Origin: Octopus bimaculoides
Lineage: Eukaryota
DNA length: 33,434 bases
NCBI RefSeq assembly: GCF_001194135.2
Contig: NC_068983.1
Location: 136,867,858-136,901,291, forward strand
Direction: 5' to 3'
Part shown: piece after piece, positions 1 through 9,600 of the stretch
Numbering within the stretch: position 1 is the first letter of the stretch
Layout of the letters: the number at the start of each line of letters is the position of its first letter
Notes under the pieces: model-generated
Seen by the model: the letters and a program-made list of their open reading frames with translations, nothing else
What the model was told of the DNA's origin: nothing
Databases searched by the model: none
Program-made: the position numbers and the translations under genes

Positions 1-270
1 CTTTCGTTCTCGCTGCTTCTGCTTCCGGCCCGACTAGCGAGCGCGGCCGCTCGATCCTCCGTCTCCCGCAATGCCAGACCGTCATCGCTGCGACACGCTA
101 CGACAGCTGCAGCAGCAGGGAACGAACGGACGGACGGAACGGACAGACGGTCGGTCTGTCCGCGCCCGCACCCTCCGCCGTTCGTGCGCACTCTTCTGCC
201 TGCCGCACCTCGCCGTCGTTGCCTCCTCCGTAGCCGCCGCCGCTGTCTTCTTCTTCGGTCGGCCTTCTAA
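1..270. promoter_or_regulatory. GC/CpG-rich segment, probable promoter or 5' leader of a neighbouring gene (direction unresolved)
   Basis: Very high CpG density against a CpG-poor background. Contains GCC, CGGA and CAG micro-repeats and an ETS-like CTTCCGG at ~22-28. No recognisable protein in any frame. Confidence 0.45.
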
Positions 271-519
271 CCTCTTCTATTTCACTAATAGCTAGAATAG
301 AGATATCACAGACCTCCAACGAAATCTATTGTTCTCAACGATATGTTTATCCTTCAGGTCAATTATAAAAGCAAGAAGCCCCAAGCAAAAGTCAGTTAGT
401 GAGAGCGACTATCAGCTAGTGAACAGACAACTAGTCATGGCCACAAGCAAGCAGCTACTAAAGACAAATGGTCAGAAGGAGAAACAAAGTTATAATCAGC
501 CAACTATGAGACACAAGTC

Positions 520-760
520 CCTCGACACTATAACTTTCACTAGTTCAATTTCTTTTCTCTTACAACATCACTCTTCCTCCATCTGTGGATTACTATTACG
601 AGAACGTGTACACACATACTGGCCAAAATTAACTTTTTTACCTCGCATGTTTTTCCATTTACTAACTATACATACCAACCTATCGTGGTTTTGGATATAT
701 ACAATGTAATGGTAAATAAATATTTTCTTTACAACTTCTATCAGAGTTCTTTCATCTTTA
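520..760 (+). mobile_element. possible highly decayed Penelope-like RT fragment
   Basis: Frameshifted translation gives FLLQH, then roughly YAKI, then ~22 codons later QPIVWF-YI-NV. This resembles the Penelope RT pattern FILxH...YAN...PxxWFRYIDDV. Weak. Confidence 0.25.
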
Positions 761-869
761 CATAATGGCAATCAATGAAGAACCAATCCTTACAAACTGG
801 TGATGACTCCAATGTTCCATATTGTTTACAAATTAATCTCAACTGTTACAAGATAAACTTCAGCTGTTA

Positions 870-1232
870 CATCATCATCATCGTTTAACGTCCGCTTTCC
901 ATGCTAGCATGGGTTAGACGATTTGACTGAGGACTGGTGAAACCAGATGGCTACACCAGGCTCCAATCTGATTTGGCAGAGTTTCTACAGCTGGATGCCC
1001 TTCCTAACGCCAACCACTCTGAGAGTGTAGTGGGTGCTTTTACGTGCCACCGGCACGAAGGCCAGTCAGGTGGTACTGGCAACAGTCACACTCAAAATGG
1101 TGTATTTTACGTGCCACCTGCACAGGAGCCAGTCCAGCGGCACTGGCACGATCTCGCTCAAATATCTTTACACATGCCACCGGCACAAGTGCCAGGAAGG
1201 CGACGCTGGGCACAGGTGCCATCATGATTTCT
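870..1232 (-). mobile_element. SINE / non-autonomous element with RTE-type 3' end and (GAT)n tail
   Basis: The minus strand ends gcatggaaagcggacgttaaacgatgatgatg and contains ggttggcgttaggaagggcatccagctgtagaaac. It has three internal ~60-67 bp tandem units starting tacgtgccacc (1041-1230). Related copies lie at 13451, 21930 and 23002. Confidence 0.75.
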
Positions 1233-1289
1233 CTTTCGCTTGCCCAACAGGTCTTCACAAGCCGAGTTTCATGTCCTGCATAGTATGAT

Positions 1290-1810
1290 CCTCTAGCTTC
1301 AATATACTTGTAGCACTCTAGCCACTATGTGAAAGCCCTATGGAAGTTCTCCAAAATGAAGGTGTCCAGAACCCTTGTCGTAGTCTCCATTTCTTCAACA
1401 AGACTGCTCTTAAGGTTCTCCTTCACCACAGGAAATAACCAAAAGTCACAGGGGGAATAGTATGGACTGTAAGGAAGGTGAGGCACCATTTTGATGTTCA
1501 TCTATGTCAAGTTGTTGGTTACCAGGATGGAATTATGGGCTGGTACATTGTCCTGGTAGAAGTTGATGAGCTCTTGCCTTTTGAGATGAAATTGCTTCCT
1601 GAACTCCCTCAAAATCACCACAATATACTCTGTGTTGAGGATCATCATGAACTTCCTAGTGAACTTGCTTACCTAGCTATCTCAGGTCTGGGAAAGCCTG
1701 GATGTTTCCACTGGACACTGTCTCTTGGTCTCTGGATCATAACAGTGGATCCAGTTTTTGTCACAAGTCACCAGAGACTGGAGGTAATGAGCTCAACCAT
1801 CTCTCTACTG
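1290..1810 (-). mobile_element. mariner transposase relic, catalytic DD34D region
   Basis: Minus translation shows LVTCDKNWIHCYDPETKRQ..QWKHPG, then QDNVPAHNS and HLPYSPYYSPCDFWLFP. These match the mariner DETW, HDNA and YSPDLAP motifs. Stops and frameshifts are present. Confidence 0.8.
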
Positions 1811-2639
1811 CTGTGGTGGCTCATAGATAAAATTAGTGGGGGTGCTTCAGAAAATTTTTAGCTGTTGTTTTAATATTGTGTAAAAGGAAACAAACATATA
1901 AAAAGAAAATTTATACAGAAACTTGATCAGTTCGCGTTTTAGCCACTGCCAGGTAGTGTGTTTAATTTGTTCACTAAACACTGCCACAAATTCCCCCTTA
2001 TTCTTCAAAAATCCCCCCTAAATCACAAAATAAGGTGGGAAAATCTGTCCTATTTTTCAAATCCTGGCAACAACACTGTAGCTGGAAGCAGGATAATAAT
2101 CTAATTCTACACTTTATCACATTCAAGAATATAAACATGTTTTTAAGCACAACACATGTGGAATCAAAAAGAAACACTACCTTTCACCAGCAAACCAGGG
2201 TTGGCATGGCGTGAACCACAGTGCTCTCTCTCCCTAGCGTGCAGCTTCATATCTCGGACATGTGAGCATGCGCACAACAGCCAAACAACATGTCACTGGA
2301 ACTGTGAAGCACACGGTTCTATACAAGGATTTTTGTATTTTTTTCACAAACTAGTAAATGGCTACTGACATTAAGCGTAAGGATTATATAATGTACAAGT
2401 ATAAAGAAAGAATTAAAGGAAAATGAACTCATTATATTGAATGTCATTGATAATACCAAGTGGAAATAGGGGGTGCTGCAGTGCCTATACACGAGCTGCC
2501 ACTACCCTGCTGTCATCAACACATCTTCCTTTCTGTTTGTTAGTGAGCACCTTTGGAAAAAGCTTTACATAAATTTTGTGCACATGTAGATCTTCATGAA
2601 TAATTCTGTGTAGTTGCCACATCAACTCCAAACTAAATG

Positions 2640-3126
2640 CTTACTGTCTTTATAGCCACATGATGCTCTTCATCTGGAAAATTGCAAATTTTCTCAACCA
2701 GCTCTGACATTTTGTCATCCCTCTCACTCCCACACTTCTCATCACCTTCTCTCTATCGTCTTTGAACCTCTTGTACAAGCAAAAAACATATGCTTGGCAC
2801 ATACAAGTTAATCCACAAGCTGCCTGGAGTATTTTGTAAGTTTGTGTAGTGTTTTTGCCCAGTCTAAAACAAAAATTTATTACATAACGAGCTTCAAAAT
2901 TGTCATGTGCTGGCTGCATTCTGCAAATTAGTCACCTGTGATAAGCAGTATTTAGTAGGTGTGTTCAATGTGCTGTTACAGCCATCTCCCTCAACCAAGG
3001 ATAAAAAAAGTTGGAAGATTAGCTCACTGGATGTATAGTAATGATATACTAAAATTACAATAAGCTAGGATAGTTATAACTACTTTTCCTAAAAACAGGT
3101 CTCAAAACTTCTGGAATGCACCCTTT
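2640..3126 (-). mobile_element. mariner relic, 5' end with HTH region and TIR-like terminus
   Basis: ORF 2650-2919 reads FEARYVINFCFRLGKNTTQTYKILQAACGLTCMCQAYVFCLYKRFKDDRE, matching a mariner N-terminal HTH. A TIR-like aagggtgcattccagaagtt lies on the minus strand at ~3107-3125. Confidence 0.7.
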
Positions 3127-4589
3127 ACCTAAGTTTTGTACCACTGTTATCTTCAGGCAAAAACCTGAAGATCACAAGTTCCACAATAAACTCATCGCTT
3201 TCAATTAAAAAAATGTGTGCATGCATGCATCTGTTATTTTACTAAAAACCACCTGTATATGGCATTAAAAAATGTTTCAATCACTCGCACATGCATAAAT
3301 AATAGAAAATATCAATTAGATTTCTTAAGATATCAGTTAAATTTTCACTTCATTTTTATTTTAAATTTTCATTTAAAGCAACACTACTTTTAGAATAACT
3401 GAATCATAAATTAGTTTTCTTTGTAAACTTTTATGTATTGTTTTATTTGATGAAGGTAAATAGTGCAACCTTCTATAGGTAATTTTTGTTTTTTTAAGTT
3501 GGCAATTATATCATAATTTGGATTACACACATAGATACATTAGATTTACAAAGAAAAAATAATATCATCATTCAAAATATAGCTATTTAAATTAAATATT
3601 ATTGTACTTTACTAAATATTCTCTGAAATAGCCAGTTTTTTGTTTATTTTAGAACTGAAAATTAAGAAGAAATGTGTAATAATAAAATGATTATTAAAAA
3701 CAAAAGAGAGACAACAATTTTAACATTTTCTTATTTGAAGAAAATTTGAAGTTATTGAAAGGAAGCCATTCATTTGTAGAGTTGGAATAATGCCTCTTAC
3801 CATCAGGGTATAACATTGGAATGACTGGATGGATGTCAAGAATTAGGTGTAAAGAGTTTTAATGTGTCTATCTTATTGTTGGCAATGTGGAAACCTAGAA
3901 CTCTCTATTCCATTAATCTAGAAGCAGTTAAGTTTAAAACAGGGAGAACAGCAATTTAATACTGTTGAATTAGCAGGGAATTGCCTATAATTTCAGGGTT
4001 TATAATAAAACTAATCTACATTGTCACAAGGTCTAAATTTGTAGGAAATTAGCATATAGTTAATTAAATTAGTGTCCATGATATTACTGGTAGTTACACT
4101 ATTAAGAGATGAAACTATATACACTATGAAGCATTAAAAAAAATCCAATACTCTTTTTGCAAATCAACAGTCCTTTGATAATCTTTATATTCAAATCTTC
4201 TTCCACAAGAAAGAATGAAACAATAAAAACTAGCCTCACCCACTTATCTCTACCAGTCTAAAGAACATTTAAAAGAAGGCAAAAGTGTAATTATGAGGGG
4301 CACAGACTCTCATAATTACACTAATGAATATAAAGGAAAATAAAACTTCATGAAAGACAAAATTATTGAAGGTTTAATGTAATGTCCCTACTAATTCAAG
4401 GACACGAGCTGAAATCCATTTGGGTGTTTCGTTGTTCTAAGCAAGTCATAAGTGCATTTGCCTTTATTCACCTAGCTGACTCAAGGACACATTGCAGCAG
4501 TTTCAAGCATGCTGTGTGAGAATATAGTCTAGCATCCTATCTAGGAAACTTATCTTTCAACAGTTTAATACCATGAAACTTGAGTCAAT

Positions 4590-4796
4590 GAGGAAGTTGC
4601 TATGTGGTCACTTAGTCTGCTAAAAAATAGCAACCAAATCTCCCTCTGTCTTGAAAAAGAAAGGATACATTGGATAATGAAATTCTAAATATACTATGAA
4701 TAAAAAGGCAGGATGGTCAAGGCTAGAATGCCTTAGATCATAGGTCAGCGGGATCAAGGCTGACCTCAGGTTGAACAACAACAATAACAACAACAA
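4590..4796 (+). mobile_element. SINE 3' part with (AAC)n tail
   Basis: Contains ctgctaaaaaatagcaaccaaatctccc...ggatggtcaaggctagaatgcc...gctgacc followed by aacaacaac. The same family recurs at 29381-29598 (-) and 29815-30005 (+). Confidence 0.65.
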
Positions 4797-6660
4797 TGAA
4801 AGTAAAGCTAAGTGGCTGACTTAGAAACCTCAGGAGACTAAGAAAATTTATATTTTTTACCTTAAAAGTTAAAATCTATTTAAAAAGTAATTTCTTTATC
4901 TACACAAACAGTAAATTGTTTTCTTTTAAAAGAAAAACCTGAAATCACCAAGTTTTTATATACAATACATAAACCTATAAGAAATAAGAGCAAGAAAAAA
5001 AAATTATGGTATTTCTATTATTCAGATTAGTTCAGTTTATATTGAAAAATAAATGGAAACATTTTTTTTAGTTCCATAGACAATACATAAAGGAAAAAAC
5101 AAAGTTGTATGTGGGTTCTGGCCACATAGCACCGGGGTGGGGTGGGGGATGTCAGTGAGATGTTTAGTTCTGGATTATGTGTAAAGTATACAGTGACAAA
5201 ACTTCTCTCTTTTTTTCTATTTTTTAGATCTTTAAATATATTTCATTAATTAGAAGTATGATACATTCTATAAAAGAGACAATTTAACTTGACATAATTT
5301 TTTTTAAACTAATATAGAGCATAGCATTAGTCACATTAATTTCTTAGGCTTCAATGTCTGGAAAAGGCTATGGACATAGCCCAACTATCTCAGATTTTTT
5401 TTTAAATTAAAAAAAAAACCTTCCAACATTAAATATCTGTCCCCTTGTTACAGAGTACAAATTATTGCTGATATCCAAATCAGGAAGGGGACATTGCAAT
5501 TTTTAGAACTTAAAGAAAGAGTATCAGTGAGTTTCAAGAGAAAGAGAGAAGGAGGAGGAGTTGTTTTTATAACTACTGTAATGCCCTGGACAACAGTGGT
5601 TAGTTTTTCTTTCATCCAGTAGAGTAAAATGGATAAAGACAATTTTGTAAATTTACACACACACACTTATATATTTATACATTCACACATTTAGATACAC
5701 ACATACATGCACATTCACTGCCATCCCTTTTACATATATTTATATACAAACATGCATCTGAAAAAAAATATCTTAGTTAAATACAATTTCAAACAATAAT
5801 CCAAAGATGTTGTCCATATTGTCATTAGACCAAGTCAAATTTGACAATAGCAATGTGGTTGATGTCAAAATAAAGTTATTAAATAAAACCAGATTACAAG
5901 TCAACATGGTGAAGTCGATGTCATTTTACATAGAAAAAGATATTTTTCTCATTGTTTTACAATAAAAAGTCTTTACATAAAATCAAGTAGGTGGTCAAAA
6001 TGTCTGAATGAGGGTTCAAACTAAGTGGGTTTCAGCCAGTTACTGATTTTCATAGAAAGAACTCCTTGCATTTACTATACTCAACAAAACAGTTGAAATG
6101 GCCTTTAACAATTATACAAGAAATATAATTGGTTGAGATACTTGATACTTGTCATTTGTAATGTCCTCTTTATATACAAGCAGAAATATTTGTTTTAATA
6201 CGTCGTAAGCCAGAAGGCTATAAGCTATTTTTAACCAAGAAGGTTAAACTGCACTTAAAGGCTTCGAAGGAATCAACAGATATTACTGCCATTCGGTAGG
6301 ATGGCACAGGTGTTTCCAAAGATCAAATCTTCAATGACCATGATAATAATAATAATGGGTTGTGACATTAGCAGAAAGCTGTATCTTCATAAGGAAAGGC
6401 ATTGTCCATAGAAACCGTCTTAATACATGCTTGTACTTATTTTATCAATTATGGAGTGATGAAAAGGAAAGTCCTCAAAAGATCTGAACTCAGGACAGAG
6501 TGGATGTTAATTAAATACTGCAAAGTATTTAATAATATCCTGGTACTCTATTATATTTGCCATTCCCACCAACGCTGGTGATAATAAAAGTAATTAAAAA
6601 TAGCCAGGGTTAAAGTATTTTCTTGTTAACTAAAAGCTGCCAAAATATTTCTTTAGATGC

Positions 6661-9600
6661 TTAATTGTTTTTACTTTTAGGAATTTTTTTTGCACTTCTA
6701 GCAAGCTGCAGAAAGTTAGGTTTGACATAGTAGCCTTTCCTTGTGTTTAACACTGACAAATCATCAGCAAGTAATTTTTTTGCAGTAGTTGCTGAAGACT
6801 GAGTTGAGGAGACTTTTTTAGCCTTCTTCGGAGAAATTTGACGTTTACTGGATGTGACTTGTCCAAGAGATTTTTTCCTCTTCTCACTGCCAGTAACCTT
6901 ACCACTGGCTTGTTTGGAAGGTGACTTGCCTTTGTGTCCAGCAGCAATATTCAATGGTTTCTTATTTACTTTTGTTTTGGAACTTTCACTGGTTGAGAAT
7001 AGAGAATTAAAAGATGTTGATGACATAGTAAAGGTAGAAGTGGTAGTGGTTGCAGTAGTAGTATTACTCATAAAATTACTACAAGAATTGGAATCAATAT
7101 CTTCACTTGTTTCTATTTCTTGCTCTATTCCAGTTTCCTTGGCATTGGATTTTTCCATCTGACTTTCTTGATAATTTTCTTCAGATTGACTGAGCATTAC
7201 AATAGAACAATTGATTGAGTTAACAGTGATGCCTTGTACTTTACCCAAATGACAACGCTCTATGTGCGATCTGCATTCCGAACGATCATAACTTGTAAAT
7301 TTGCACTGCTTACACTTGTACCGCTTCAATCCTAGATGGCGTACAATGTGCCGGCGTAGGTGTGAACGCTTTTGGAATTCTCGGCTACATTCCAGACACT
7401 TTAATGATTTAGTGTCAATCAAAGCGAGAATCTTTTCACTGTCTTGCTTCTCACCTGTCTTGATATTTGCAGAACTGGTCTCTTCCGAGACACTGATAAC
7501 ATGATCAGTAGAATTCGAAACACTTGTGTCATTATCAGTGGAGTCCAAGTCACTTGTCTTATGGTCACTACAGTCTGATACACTTGTCACATGTTCAGGA
7601 GAATCTACTCTTGTATATTCTTCTGAGTCATCATCAGTAGAAGTTTTAAGGTTTGTGGTAGAGGGTGATACCAATTTTAAAGTTTCTACTTCTTTTCTCT
7701 TTACAAAGAATTTGCTATCACAACTAGTAATTTGATTATCATTATTATTCAAATCAACAATGTAGAAATCCAATAGTTTAACAGTTAAACCAGCAATCTT
7801 GCCCAGATGACGTCGTTTAATATGAGTCTTGCATTCGGATCTTTCATAATTGGAGAAAGAACAAAATTTACATTTGTATCGCTTCCATCCCAGATGTCTG
7901 ATTGCATGTCTACGTACATGGGACATTTTACTAAAGCTCCGAGTACACTGAATACACCTGAGAGATTCACTATCAATAAGCGAGTGAAGAGCAGACTTTT
8001 TATCACGAATGCCAGCAGAATTATATTTCAAGCCATTTCTTTGAATTTGGTGTCCAGACACACTTGATGTTTTTTTAGACAAATGCTGAGAATTTGCTTT
8101 AGAACCATGTTTTTCAGGAAAACTGCTCAAATCCTGAGAAGTGTCTAATACAGTAGTAATATCAGGTGAGGTTGAACATTTACTGTTGCTTTCTTGATGT
8201 ATGAGTTGAGAGTTAACATCAGTGCACTTATAACTAGATTGACAAGAAACATTACTTGAACTCACTGTTGAAGGTTTAACACCATCACTGACTGAGTTAG
8301 TGATATCAGAGTCTCTCTCTTTCTTACATACTGGGAATTTATCTTCTTTGTCTTTTGCAGCAGCAGAATTCTCAAAGTCATCCCCCTCAACATCAGGTGT
8401 TTTGGATTCACTAACCTTTTGTCCTTGAATCATATTCTCTTTAGTCATAATCAAAGTTTTAACATCATCCAGAGGTTGTATTTCTGCACCTTGTGTAATA
8501 GTGTCATTAGAATAACTGCTGACATGGCCATTAGATACAACATTGGAATTTTTGTTTTCTACAAAATGATTCAAAGACTTGTTTTCATTTGAAACTGTGG
8601 CATTAGATTGGCTAGTGATCAGTGTACTGTTTTGTTTCTCAACACTAGCATTTGGAAGTTGAGTGACGGGGAGTTGAGAGTTAGCCGGCAACAATATTGC
8701 GGTCAATGAAATTTGTCCCTTTTTATCAACAGCTGCTAATATATTTGGGACAACATTATCACTTATGATTTGGCTATTGTCACCTGGATTTATTTTGTTC
8801 ACTGTAGACATTATCACAGGACTGGGCTTTTGAGATTGTTTGTTGTCTACCAAACACAATGTATTTGGTGCAGCAACTGAGCACACAATGTTTGTAGAGC
8901 TTTGTGAAGAAACAGTAGGAGTTGCAGATCCAGAAAGAGCTGTTGTTGGGAGCAAAATGGGCAAATCATTTACAGAAACAGTTGATAAAGTATTAGTTTG
9001 AAGGGGACGTACAATACATGGAACAGCTGCTGTAGGAACAGATTTTGATTGGTCAGACAACGGAACTGCATTTGGTGTAATTGTAAGAGAAGAAATTAGA
9101 GAACTATTTGCCTTATTAGTAGTACACGTATTATTTCCAATAGAGATGAATTTTCCGAGAGGAGGGTTTGTCCAGTTAGACATGTTAGCAGGTAACCTTG
9201 TGGGAAGAGGGAGCTGAGGAATAATACTTGCAGACTGTAATGGAATTAAACCAGATGGACATGGTTGAATATCAGTTTGGACACTGGTCTTTACACTTTC
9301 TTTGGTTTTCAAGTCACTAGTTCCATCATTAGTCTTTTGAGTCGAAGATTTTTCTGAATCATTTCGTTTTGGAAGTAATATAGTTGTTTTGTTAGAAGAA
9401 ACTGTTTCTTTTTTTTTCAACTCTTCACTAGGAGCTGGCTCTGAGTGAGATTTGCTGGCTACCTGAGACTTCTTTGTACTCTGCCCATTTTGTTTGAAAT
9501 CACTTGAGGATTTGGTTACATGTTCCCAATCAGTGCAGTCACGTAAATGAGCCTGCAAGGACTTTATCTGTGTAAACACCTTTTTACAGCTCTGACAGCG

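Noticed and set aside
329-709. 126-aa ORF as a host gene
   Set aside because: No credible domain or splice context. At best it overlaps a decayed Penelope-like fragment.
5131-5150. G-rich tract as a G-quadruplex
   Set aside because: It has only three G-runs and lies on the non-transcript strand of the gene.
5834-5845. 12-bp palindrome gtcaaatttgac in the presumed 3' UTR
   Set aside because: A palindrome this short is plausible by chance in 33 kb of AT-rich DNA, and there is no supporting context.
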